Shown here piece after piece: positions 12,701 to 24,525 of a DNA stretch of 64,000 nt. The notes beneath the pieces are model-generated. The model was given only the letters and a program-made list of their open reading frames with translations. It was not told the origin of the DNA and did not search any database. Each line of letters begins with the position of its first letter. Position 1 is the first letter of the stretch. Made by a program: the position numbers and the translations under genes. Source of the stretch: Oopsacas minuta (taxonomy: Eukaryota; Animalia; Porifera). The stretch is taken from the NCBI GenBank assembly GCA_024704765.1, contig JAKMXF010000309.1, forward strand, positions 287,887 through 351,886, written 5' to 3'.

Positions 12701-12987
12701 GGTAAACTAGATATGGAATTTCAAGGTGTTACAATATTCAAATGTATCTCTTACTCATAAACATATTTTGTTCACAAAGATTGTGGTAATAATAATGTTG
12801 TATTCGAATTCATATACGAGAGATATTATAAAATTTAGTTTGAAATATCGCGAAAATGTTAGTGAAATGTGGTTACAAACATCACATAAACAAACATACA
12901 CTACATCAAAAGAAGTGATAAAATATCAATCAAAGTATTTGGGGACAGTAAAAATAAAGTGAAAATAAGAATAGTTGGGTATAACTC

Positions 12988-13509
12988 TTAAATCTGGAAG
13001 CCAATATGAGGTTTTTGAAGAGGGGGGCCTTGAATCGCAGGAAAAGAATGAGGACCAGCTTGCATATCACCATCATGGTAACCATTTGGCGCCTTAGTAA
13101 TGTTAGGTTGTGGAGGCGGGTTGTTATGGGTTTGAACTGGATGAGGGTTGGCATAAGGTGCATTAGTCATAGGGGCGGCGGCGACAACAGGCATTGGACC
13201 AGTCGTAGATATATGACTTGGTGCATCTAGTGTTCTAGCTGTGCCAATAGCAAAGCATAGAACGACACAGCTTATTATTCCAATTATAATACATAGTATG
13301 GCAGTTACGACCAAACAAAGTATAACAATTACTATAAATATTAATACTGTTCCAGTAGAGCTATAGGTAGAGTTATAGTAATTATAATAGTAGTAAGAGG
13401 ATGTTGTGTTAATTTCTAAATGGGATCGTTCTGGCCGAATTTTAGATTCCTCCGTTGCCATGGTTACGCCATATTGTGTACAGATAATGAATAGAAGAAT
13501 GGCGAGCAT
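12988..13509 (-). CDS. Tyr-rich single-pass membrane protein, paralog D
   Basis: Signal peptide MLAILLFIIC, RPER|S, SSYYYYNYYNS, long Cys-containing TM, Pro-rich tail ending KPHIGFQI. The 5' end aligns with paralog C at nucleotide level. Confidence 0.8.
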   Translation of the reverse strand: MLAILLFIICTQYGVTMATEESKIRPERSHLEINTTSSYYYYNYYNSTYSSTGTVLIFIVIVILCLVVTAILCIIIGIISCVVLCFAIGTARTLDAPSHISTTGPMPVVAAAPMTNAPYANPHPVQTHNNPPPQPNITKAPNGYHDGDMQAGPHSFPAIQGPPLQKPHIGFQI

Positions 13510-14093
13510 TGAGATGCAGTTCTGCCCCACAGATTCCAGTATTGGCTTTTTGTATCTAATAGTAATTTGTATAGGATTTTGGTAGTTAAAATATAAGATA
13601 AGTTCGATAAGAGTACACCAGAAACGCGTTAATATAATACGGTATGAATTTCTAGATAAGACGAACATATATTTACTCAAAATCAGGTTAATAGACAATA
13701 TATATATTCAATACATATTACCCCGATTAATACGAACTCCAAATAAGGCAAACAAATGTCTACCGCCGGTCCGTGTTCGGTCCCTAAACTGGGGTTCATG
13801 AGACTCTTGGTGGTCTAAAGGGTCCACGGGTTAAAAATGTTGAGTAATTTAAGACAACACCATTTAATTCTAAAATAAAACAACTAGAGTACATTTACAA
13901 ACAGAATGATCACAAAATTATTCACATTTTGCTGTCAAAAGACAAACAAATATACACCAAACATAAATAGTATTGGAATATCAGGTAATTATGACAAAAT
14001 ATAATATTATATACAAGCAATGTATGAGATTACATTATCGTTACAGATAGGACAAAATTACAAAACTGGATCTTTTCAAAACTTTAAAATGAG

Positions 14094-17000
14094 TTAACCT
14101 TGATAAATTTCAGGTATCTTCGAGTGAGATGTACTAGCATATTCCCCGAAGCATAATTGAGACTTCTTGATTCCAGTCTGTAATTTGTAGCTGTTTGCAC
14201 CGAGTGATTTTAAAGGCAAGTTTATTCTTGGTTGTTGTTCTCGGACTTCTAATAAGCTGACGTCATCAATTGTCTAAAATTAAGTACATTAAACTCCAGT
14301 TTTAACGAAGTGATTCTTTAAACACTATAGCTTGAAAGTATTTGATTTACTCCGCTCATAACATGAAACGGGTCTCAATTACTTCATAATAATGATAGTT
14401 TACTGTTTGAATGTTACATTGTGTGTATTCAATGTAAAACAACCAAAATCTTAAATTACAGCCTGTGCCGACGTAATTTTCACAAATTGGATATTGACAC
14501 TTCATCAAAAGGTGTGAAAATATGATTAATTAAGTGACTTTCAGGATACAAGAACAATAAAAATATTATTCGAATTTACCTTTAGATTGTGCATTTGTAC
14601 ATTCAATTTTCCATTCCAGCCGGTGTAAGAAGAAGGACAATTCTCTGTAGAATTACATTCGAGTGTAACAGATTGTCTCACATATTCACTGATACTTGTT
14701 AGAATGTTAAGATTAGCAGCTTCAAAACTCTCAAAGTACATAATGTCAGAAGTATCTCTTTGCTAGAAAGAAATAGTATATAATAACAGAATTTAGAAAT
14801 TGGAATTTGTACAATTTGGCTAAAATAGGTAAGAGTTGACTGGCCCCTTTAAAGATTATAATAAATATATTTATACTCACATTTTGTGCTTCAAAGCAAG
14901 TCCATGCGAGTGTATACTCGTCTCTATTAACTTTTATAAGCTCAGAATCACATGTACATGGTATAGAGTCAAATGGTGATCCGCCGTTAGGATCACAGAG
15001 GAATTGACCTTCTACTTCTTTACCATCGATATCTATAGAAAAAATCAATTGAATTTGTTACAAAATTAAACCAAAAGGTGTGAAAATATGATAATTATAT
15101 GATAAATCATGGAGATATAGATTTGATAATGTCAAAATTGGAATCTACATATTTGATTACCCCTGACTAACAGTGAAACTAAATTCCTAGAAACATTTTG
15201 AATATATGCAAAGACTTGTGAAAATATGATTAATCACCAAAAAATGTGAAAATTTCAAAATACACACTCGAGGTGCAAATCTCCGACCCAAAATATATAT
15301 GTGTACAAATGTTCATGTTAATCAGACGGCTAGAATTCGCACGGCGGACGTAAGCCACATATCTTCTATGCCATGAGGATATCTCCCTATAAGAGTTGTA
15401 TTAAAATAGATTTTCAATATAACTTACAGGAGAGAGGTAGATTTGACTTCTCAAAGCAGGACCTAATGATTGTAGTGTCTATTCCCGTCTGACTGGAGTA
15501 TTTATTTCCACCTCGATTGTTAGTAGCTGCAGATGGTCCTGGAGGGCCTGGGGGTCCTGGTTGTCCTCTCTCACCACGACCTCCTTGTTCCCCAGATATA
15601 CCAGGTGATCCACGCATTCCAGGATTACCCTAACGAATATTTTTAAAAGTAAAGAATCTCGTTCCTAAAAATACTTTTAGGTAACTTACAATTGGTCCAC
15701 TTAAACCATTCTCTCCGTTAGGGCCTGTTGATCCAGGTGGTCCCTGTATAAATATTAATAACAATTAATCAGCTATAAATTTAATAATATAATAAACAGT
15801 CAACTCCGGTTACATCGAAGTGATTTTGACGGTCACATAAGCTTCAATATAACGAGAGTTAATTGTAGAGTGCATACCTGTATTCCAGGAGCACCGGGTG
15901 GACCAGATCTTCCTGTGCTTCCGGTTGTTCCCTGGGCACCTTGCCTGCCATTGAAACCTGTTCTTCCAGGGTCACCCCTTTCACCATTTGTCCCTTCTTC
16001 TCCTTTAGATCCTTTCTCACCAGTATCACCATCTCTTCCCTATAGTATTGATAATAAGGATCAAGGAAAGACATCGATATATTGGGTTGGAAATATCGAA
16101 AATATTGAATTGGGAAATTTCCAAAAAATATAGTAAAAATCGGAAAATTAGCCAATATTTTCGATCGTAAAAACTTCAAAGTAATTCAAATTTCGAACTA
16201 CAGCGTAACCTCCACAAAAGGGGTCTGTGGAAACGGGAACTTCTGGAAACGAAAGAAAAATATATTGAGTGAATTCCTAGTCCCAAAAAATGAAACTCCA
16301 CAAACGGGGAAGCATTTTTCGGCGTCCCCATTTATGGAGGTAACACTATACTTAAATTACTCACTGTTGTTCCATCTAATCCAGAAATACCCTTGATTCC
16401 CTTTTCACCAGTTGGTCCGTCAGATCCTGAATCGCCATCAGGACCAGCATCTCCTTGTGGTCCAGGTGCCCCGGGTAGACCAGGGCTTCCTGTGCTGCCC
16501 TGAGTTCCACTGTCTCCTTGAGGTCCCTCTTGTCCCCCACGACCACTGTTTCCACTGTCACCTATTTCTCCTGTACGACCCTGAGAATTTTGTTAAGTAA
16601 TACACGATTGAATATCGTAAAAGTATCAGAATACGATTTTGTTTGTTTGTTTGTTGGATTATTTGTTGGATTATTGGTGTTAAACTTACAACTGGACCAA
16701 GTGCTCCTTTAGGTCCTGGAAGCCCGGAAATACCTTGAAGACCAATACCTCCTTGGGATCCACTTTGGCCATCTGATCCAACTGCTCCCCTTGGGCCTTG
16801 ACCACCTGGTGGTCCCTGAACGCCTGATGCCCCTGTGCCGCCAGTAAATCCAACAGGACCTGGGAGTCCAGTCCCACCACGACCTCCTGGTCTACCCCTC
16901 TCACCGGAAACTCCTTTTGAACCTTTCTCACCTTTGAACCCAACTGGTCCTGGATTACCCTAATAAACAAAAAGTAAAGCATTTTTGGAATTCGTATTTT

Positions 17001-20000
17001 TAACGGAAATTACATTTGTTCCATCCAGGCCATTATTTCCTGGAGGGCCGTCAATCCCATCAGAACCATCTCTACCATCTATTCCTTGGCCTCCTTCTCC
17101 TCCCTGTTCACCTTTAGCACCCTAACACAAATATTTCTGTGAAATTTCGCAATTTATAAATACAATAAACACTGAAATTTCGCAATTTATAAATACAATA
17201 AACACTGAATTTGCTAAAGTTAGTAAACAAATATTAAAGGTTTTGTTAAGTATAACATGCGTAGTAGAAAATGAAATTACCTGTGGTCCAGCAAGTCCGA
17301 ATGAACCAAGAGCTCCGGTTAACCCTTGACTACCTCGTGGCCCACCATTACCTTTAGCACCAGATGGACCAGGATCTCCATCTCTTCCAATAGAACCGAA
17401 GTCTCCTGCTGGACCAACTGGCCCATCTACTCCGAGTGATCCTTTCTCTCCGAAAGATCCCTTGGGGCCTGGGAATCCCCTTGGACCTCTAGGACCCTAG
17501 AATAACAAAAATTCGATAAATATTACATTGAATACCGTTTGGGTGGGGAGTTTCGATTGTTGAAAATATAAAAGATTTTGAAACATAAATATCTTAAATA
17601 TTACATATAGTGGTGTACGTTGATTGCCTTATCAAGAACTTATTGTCCTTTTGTATTGGAAATTATTCCTCTAATATAAAGTTATTAGCAAGGGAAATTC
17701 GTGAAAAGTTTCGTGCAAAAAATACAGGTTTTTCTACTACTCCCTTCATCTCCAGTTTTCTTTTTCAGGAAAATAACGGTATGTAATTTCAACTTACTTG
17801 TGGTCCCACTACTCCTTCTGGTCCTGGAGGACCTAATGGCCCTTGTGTACCAGGAGTACCTTGAGCACCTGTTAATCCTCTAGGCCCTGGAGTTCCTGTT
17901 TCTCCCTATAAAACAAAAAATTACATAAGATTCTAACTTTCGCAAATTCTTGAAAAATAAAAATAAAACTCACATCAGCACCAGGTGGCCCTGGGTCACC
18001 TCGAACACCCTGTGTACCATCCATACCAGATTCTCCTGGTCCTCCATTGTTTCCATCCGGACCTGGTTGTCCATTATCACCCTATGTTAATCACAAAATA
18101 AACATTATTCAGGAAATAACAATCTGTGCCAACAGCTTTGTGGTAGACTGCGTACAGCCAAAACTATTATAGATTAATGGCTGAAACTTTAGGCTACAAG
18201 GGCAATTACCGTCCGGTGTCCATTGATGGTCACGAGATATGACATGTTTTACCACTTTGAATTATCGTTTTCCAACATTAATTTTTAACTAATATATGCC
18301 ATAGAAATACAACTTACATCTTGTCCATTAGGGCCTGGGGGACCAGCGGGGCCGGTGTTTCCAATAAGACCAAGTTCTCCAGGTGTCCCGAGTGCACCAG
18401 GTTCTCCTTGACGACCGTTTTCACCCTAAGGAATGCATATGATTAAGTAATCAGAATCTTGTCAAGTATGTAAATGTGAGGCTTACGTTTTGACCGTTAG
18501 TTCCTCGCTCTCCTTTAGAGCCCTTTAAGCCTTTCCTTCCCTATAAATATTAGAAATTAAAATGACAACATTTTACTTACAAAAATATAAAACTAACTTT
18601 AGCTCCATCAAGACCAGGATCACCATTTGGTCCAGTGACACCATCTATACCTATACCTCCATCTTGACCAGGTTCTCCTCGTTGTCCCTGCAAAATACAG
18701 TTAAATTAGATTCTTACTGGAAATTAGTTTTCAATTTACCTTTACTCCTTTCCTGCCACGGTCCCCAAAAGCTCCTTGACCACCTTGGGGGCCAAGTGGA
18801 CCCCTTTCACCACGATCTCCACTGTATCCCTTTTGTCCATCACGGCCCTGAAATGATACAATCATTATAAAATACGACGTCATTAGGATAATTCATAAAT
18901 GAGAGGAAATAATCTTACCTGGAATCCGGGGTCTCCAGTTTCTCCAACACCTCCGTCTTGTCCACGGTCACCCTATATAAATATGATGCATAAAAAAGAA
19001 AAAAGTATATTAAACATGTTACTGACCTTTAATCCTTTGGAACCAGGAGAACCTCTGGATCCTTGTCTACCCTGATCACCGTCTGGACCAGGTTCTCCAC
19101 CAGAACCTGTTTGTCCAAATGTCCCAGGGAATCCCTATTGGAGGAGAATTAAGATTTAAAGCAGTTTTGAGCCGATTAAGTGTTTGTTAGATTCATTGAT
19201 AAGTTTGAATGTTTGTTTGTTTGTTTGTTTGTTTGTTCATTTGTTTACTTGCATGCATATTTATTCATTTATTTATTTGTTCGTAACAGAACTTACAGCT
19301 GTTCCCGGTCTTCCTACTACTCCATCTTCTCCATCAAATCCATCAACACCATCATTACCAGCAGTACCAGAGAATCCATCAGCACCAGTTAAACCTTGAC
19401 CTCCAGGGGGTCCAACTGATCCAATACCTCCTTTAAATCCCTATATTGAAAAGTGTTAAAATTCGCAAGTTTCGCAGTGTTAAGTTAGACAAACCTTTGA
19501 TCCAGGGCGTCCACGATTTCCTGCTTGACCTCTTGCACCCGAGCGACCTAGAAAACCTCTAGAAGCAGGATAACCGGAAGTACCAACTAGACCTTGTGAA
19601 CCCTACATAAATATAAATACAAATTTATAACAAATGATCTTCGAAAAATTTATTCGTTTATACACAAATCGTAATTTGAAATGATCGCAAAAATTCACCG
19701 TGATCTGATCGAAATCGCGATCAGTTTTCGCGATCGACTAATGCCCTGTAAATGAAGAATATAAAGTGTAACCTCCACAAATGAGGCTCGTCGAAACATG
19801 AAATTTTTGGAAACTGAGTGAAAATAAATAGAGCGAATTCCTACACTACACAAATTTTAAAAGTACATACCTGACTACCAACAGCTCCCTTCAGGCCTTT
19901 CTCTCCATCCTCACCTCTCTCACCATATCTACCATTACGTCCGTTAGTTCCAGTATTACCACGTACTCCTTTGGGACCTTGTGAGCCTTCAGGGCCCTCA

Positions 20001-21648
20001 GAACCTTTCCTACCTTTCAAACCCTGGTCACCACGATTTCCAGCATTCCCGTTTTGACCTGGAGGCCCGTTTGCACCTGCAGGGCCATCACCACCTTGTA
20101 ATCCTTGACCTCCTACTCTACCTGGTAACCCGGCGAATCCCTGATCTCCTTTCTGACCTTGTTGACCAGGATTACCCTAATTAAGCACGAATTAAATAAT
20201 TACAGAATTCAAGCATTTGAAAGAAGTTTCATATTAACAGTGTCCTATTACTTACAATTAATCCTTCTTGTCCAGATTGTCCACCACCTCCAGTAATACC
20301 AGGGGCTCCTGGTGGTCCTCTCGCACCTTTGATTCCAGGCTCACCGGTTGGCCCATTTGGTCCTTGATCAGCATTCAAACCTGGATTGCCAGCTGGTCCA
20401 GGTGGTCCAGGGTCTCCTTGTTCACCATTTTCACCTGGTTGTCCTCCGATACCCTTTTAAGACAAATGTAAATATGAAGTATTGATATCTACTTATAAGG
20501 TAATCTGGTAATGGATGCTTACCGGTGATCCTTGTAATCCATCGTCTCCTTGTTGTCCAAATGCACCTGCTGATCCCTATACAAATTCAATTTCAAATTT
20601 TTCATTCTAGAAATATCTTTACCAAACATTAATACTAGTTCTAGCACTAATAAAGAGTTGTCTACTTACAGGGAATCCATCTATTCCAGCTTCTCCTTTA
20701 GCTCCCTTAGAACCTTGGTCACCATTTGCTCCATCAAAAGCATTTGCACCATCACGACCGTTGTCACCTCTGTCTCCTTTCTGACCAGGCATTCCTACTG
20801 GACCTTCTTCACCTTGACGGCCCTGAAGAAAATGTTATGTAATAAAGGATTTGTTTATTTGTTTGTTTGTTTGTTTGTTGTTTGTCGATTCGTGTAGAAT
20901 TAGTTTGTTTGTGTGCTAGTTGTATATTTGTTTGTTTATCAGATACGTTATAACTCGTGTTACCTGAGATCCAGGAGATCCAGTCCTACCATCTTGACCA
21001 TTATCTCCATAGACTCCCTAAAAAGCCAACAAAACATAAAGTAATGCAAATCACAAAAATATCGTATTTTAACGAAAATACTCACATCTCTTCCTGGATT
21101 TCCTGGTTGTCCGATAGAACCTGTAAATCCTACTACACCCTATATATATATATATGAATAATTAATTACGAAATACAAAGAAATAAATTACGGTAGATTA
21201 TTGAACTTACTTTTCGGCCCTGCAACCCTACTGAACCAACCCGTCCTCTATCACCTTTATCTCCCTAAAGAAATGAAATGGAATTTCAATAAAATGTTAA
21301 TTAAGTTGTTCGGAATTATTCAGAAATTACAAAATATTGTTCTAACAAAAAATTGGATAAAATTTGCACAAATACTTACAGTTGGGCCTGGATCTCCTTG
21401 GGGACCATCTGGACAGTCTGCACAATCACCACCTCCTGATTGCTAAGAAAAATAACAGAATTTTTAGATTATTTTAAAATCAGAGAATAAATTGTTACTT
21501 ACGCCTGAGATTGGTCCTTTCTAGAGAGAATAAAATACGTAAATATTCGTAACATTAGATAAGCAATCTATGAAATGTAACTTACATTATTTTGAGCGAA
21601 AGCCAAGAATAACAATGATGAAAATAATAATATTAATACAAGCTTCAT
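14094..21648 (-). CDS. Fibrillar collagen alpha chain A: ~30 exons, ~335 Gly-X-Y triplets, divergent COLFI-like C-propeptide, ~1250 aa
   Basis: Signal peptide [11 protein letters not shown]; 18-nt micro-exon at 21520-21503. Helical exons of 54/108/162/216/270/306 nt are all phase 0. C-terminal exons contain [39 protein letters not shown] and QLCF. Confidence 0.9.
15130..15405. repeat. Dispersed repeat shared with ~47475-47704 and, inverted and partial, ~33090-33300
   Basis: Collinear blocks attacccctgac, gcaaatctcc.accc, gctag.attcgcac and gg.atctcccta. Confidence 0.65.
15797..15865. mobile_element. MITE family A, short copy in a collagen A intron
   Basis: Both TIRs are present around a 20-nt core. 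Confidence 0.75.
16201..16348. mobile_element. MITE family C (TIR CAGTGTAACCTCCACAAA, TA flanks)
   Basis: TIR pair. Related copies at ~4289, ~19766, ~34424-34560, 37265, ~38703, ~51478 and 56180. Confidence 0.8.
17141..17206. repeat. 33-bp exact tandem duplication in a collagen A intron
   Basis: gaaatttcgcaatttataaatacaataaacact x2. Confidence 0.9.
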
Positions 21649-22435
21649 GTTGCTAGAAAATAATAAAATAACAAATAAATATAATTCTCAAAACGACGAT
21701 TTCAATTTCTCCTTTTACGGTGGACACGAATATTATAATCTCGAGAAAATAGTGTTTCGAAAATATGAGGAAAAATACGAATTTCACTGCAGCTTTTCAT
21801 ATGACAAACTATTAGCGAAATAAACATGTGAATAATATCATAAAGAAACTCACCTTGTGTATTTGTTTAAGTGAAAATACTATCTATATTTTTCTAATAC
21901 CGAAGGTCGGTTCTCATAATATAGACCAGAAAACCGAAAATCGAAGTGTTGATCTTGATAACACTCCAATGCAAAAGAATTGACAAATTTGTATTTACGA
22001 AGGACAACGAATACTCTCCCAAGAACAGAAATGAAGTTGGCTGTAGTACTTCTTCACAATGCAAATGATTTCGCCAGACAACTGGTATTAGCTATATACT
22101 TGAATTGAATTGCCATAGACAGTGCATGCTCTATAACAGTAAAATACCATTATACACTACAATGCTAATATTAACTAACTCAAACTGAGTCTAATATTGT
22201 ATTTAGAATAAAGCTTGTATTACTTTCAATGTGTAATACATAGTAGTAGCGGACAATTGGTATGCATAGAGATTGTATTATAATGTTGTAGTATTTGGAA
22301 ATTTGAGCATATTGAGTTGACTGTTTAGTTTATTCTATAAGGATTAGTATATCGAATCTATGAACATAGTTTGGAGACGATAAATGAATAGAAATTACGT
22401 TAAATAAGGAAATGATCACACAATAAATCGTGATA

Positions 22436-22578
22436 CAGTCAACCCCCCCGTTATATCGAAGCCCAAGGGACCGTGATAATTACTTCGATATATGTGGAGT
22501 TCAATATAATCCAGGAGTTTACCCAGGTACTTGGAGAACTCGATATACTGCGGATATTCGATATACGGGAGTTACCTG
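22436..22578. mobile_element. MITE family A
   Basis: TIRs with TA flanks on both sides. Confidence 0.85.
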
Positions 22579-22767
22579 TAATTATAAATATATACAAATA
22601 CATTAATATTAACTTACAATAATTCGAGGTGAATTCACTTTCCAGAAGCAGCCTATAAAATAAACAAATTTCAATAATATTATTGCAATGAATTGCTAAA
22701 CAACAAGTATGGGGTAAAGGGATTCGTGTAAGGTAGAGGCTCGAATAGATCAAAAGTAATAGTGTTA

Positions 22768-22834
22768 CAGTCAACTTCTGTACATCGAAGTAATTATCAC
22801 GGTCCCTTGAGCTTCGATGTACAGGAGTTGACTG
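22768..22834. mobile_element. MITE family A, short copy
   Basis: cagtcaacttctgtacatcgaag ... cttcgatgtacaggagttgactg, a near-perfect inverted repeat. Confidence 0.85.
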
Positions 22835-22914
22835 ACTAAAAATATCAATTGAAAACGTATCAAAATCAGATATAACACATAATAAGGCAACAAATGAATG
22901 GTTTAAGACAATAC

Positions 22915-23865
22915 TCAAAGTTTTTTTAAGTTTTGAAAATCCTCTTTGCTTAAGTTTAATAAATCTAATAACTTCTGTGGATCTTCTCCAGTTGCCATGT
23001 CCATAAAATCTTTGGGCACTTTCCCTGCTAAATGTTTTGCATTCGGGTATATACCCTGTACTTCTTTCTTGCGAATTTTCACACCTTCCCATGGTCCGTT
23101 CAGTTCTTCCCAGGTGAATAATAGTGCGTCAGTTAGCTCGTTAAACGGTGAGAAATCGACCAAAATGACACTCATAATATCTGATTGTACGTAGCAGTCA
23201 AAGACACAGTTTGGGAGTAATATTTTCTTCTTCACTTCTGTAGCGAAAAATTTTGAAATTAGTTCCAAAACTTCCATTTCTATGTCAGATAGAAATGCGT
23301 AGTAATCTGAATGATTTCGTTGTGAAATGGCGATAAGATTCGAGTTTTTAACGAAACAACGGAATTCCAAAGATGTATCAATTTCTCGCCATTCTCTGAG
23401 CACCAAATAATGATCGAAGAGTTCCGCATTTTCTGCAACACTTAAAATGATATTTTCGCTTAAATCAAATGTTGAAATCGTATCAGATGACTTCAATAAA
23501 TCATAAATTTCATCGAACTTTTTGCATTTCAAAGAATTTCCAATTTTAATCCACGCGGCATCGCATGGAGCGCTCCAGTTCAATTTCGGAAATACGGACC
23601 CGCCCAATAACTTGACACATTTTGCGATCTCCACTTCCAAACTAGGAAAAGACGGTTCAATAATTTCATCTCCATAAGAAATATCTTCGTCAGAATCTTG
23701 GCTAGATTTCCCTGCGATGTACTCAATAAATTCTTTAGAGAGTTTAATAATCAAACTCGGAATTGTTAACTTTGCAAAAACAGGATACCAAACGTTGAAT
23801 TGAGCACAAAATAAGGACTTTGATAGATCTTCATTTTCTGGATTATTATCAGAATATTCTGCCAT
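22915..23865 (-). CDS. CDC123: Cell division cycle 123 (D123 family ATP-grasp protein), intronless
   Basis: GGSVFPKLNWSAPCDAAW, LLKSSD, YLVLREW, EFRCFV, ISQR and LLFTWEEL. Confidence 0.95.
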   Translation of the reverse strand: MAEYSDNNPENEDLSKSLFCAQFNVWYPVFAKLTIPSLIIKLSKEFIEYIAGKSSQDSDEDISYGDEIIEPSFPSLEVEIAKCVKLLGGSVFPKLNWSAPCDAAWIKIGNSLKCKKFDEIYDLLKSSDTISTFDLSENIILSVAENAELFDHYLVLREWREIDTSLEFRCFVKNSNLIAISQRNHSDYYAFLSDIEMEVLELISKFFATEVKKKILLPNCVFDCYVQSDIMSVILVDFSPFNELTDALLFTWEELNGPWEGVKIRKKEVQGIYPNAKHLAGKVPKDFMDMATGEDPQKLLDLLNLSKEDFQNLKKL

Positions 23866-23959
23866 TATATATCGCTTTATATATTCTGTGGATTAGAAAA
23901 TGTCAAGATTTTAAAGATTCGACAGCATAGCGGGCCTTTGAGCTGTGATATAACTGAAT

Positions 23960-24228
23960 CATATCCAGTTATATCGAAGCTCAAAGGAGCGTGATAATTA
24001 CTTTGATATAAGAGGAGTTCTATATAACCCCGATTAAATATATGTCACTTTGACAAATTGTGACCATATTTGTACAATTTTACAACTCAATATAAGCGAG
24101 TATTTTGATATACAGTGAAACTTCGTTAATACGAACACCAACGGACGGGCAAAAATTGTTCGCTTTATCCAGAGTTCGTATTAAGAAGGTTCCACTGTAA
24201 TGGCGTTCGATATGACTGGAGTTTACTG
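23960..24228. mobile_element. MITE family A interrupted by a nested MITE at 24113-24197
   Basis: The inner element TA|cagtgaaacttcgttaatacgaac...gttcgtattaagaaggttccactg|TA splits the outer copy. Confidence 0.75.
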
Positions 24229-24525
24229 TTTATTTATGTTCCCCCCCCTCTCCTCCCCTCTATTCTATTACCCTCTTGCACAAGTTGAACATTTTTTTTC
24301 ATAATATTTACATCTGATACAAACAAACAAAAATGAAGCTACACAATTGTATAATAAGAAACAGTGAATAATATAATAATACACAAATAATCAAGTATGT
24401 AAAGTCTTAGAAAATACAAACACGATTGTTTACAGTTGGTAAAACATAAACAAACACTAAAATTACTGTTGAACACCAAAAGTCCATTAATTAAAAGGTA
24501 AATAATTAATTTTGGACAAATTTGG

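Noticed and set aside
6372-13509. Functional pairing of SHP2 with the adjacent Tyr-containing membrane proteins
   Set aside because: No canonical ITIM (I/V/L/SxYxxL/V) is present in the tails; adjacency alone is not evidence.
21654-21852. Using the collagen ATG-proximal acceptors as proof of trans-splicing
   Set aside because: Both collagen genes have plausible upstream GTGAGT donors (~21852 and ~30548), so these two could be ordinary 5'UTR cis-introns. They are counted only as compatible cases.
22451-23092. 213-aa minus-strand ORF overlapping CDC123
   Set aside because: It runs through two MITEs and overlaps CDC123 out of frame; no homology.
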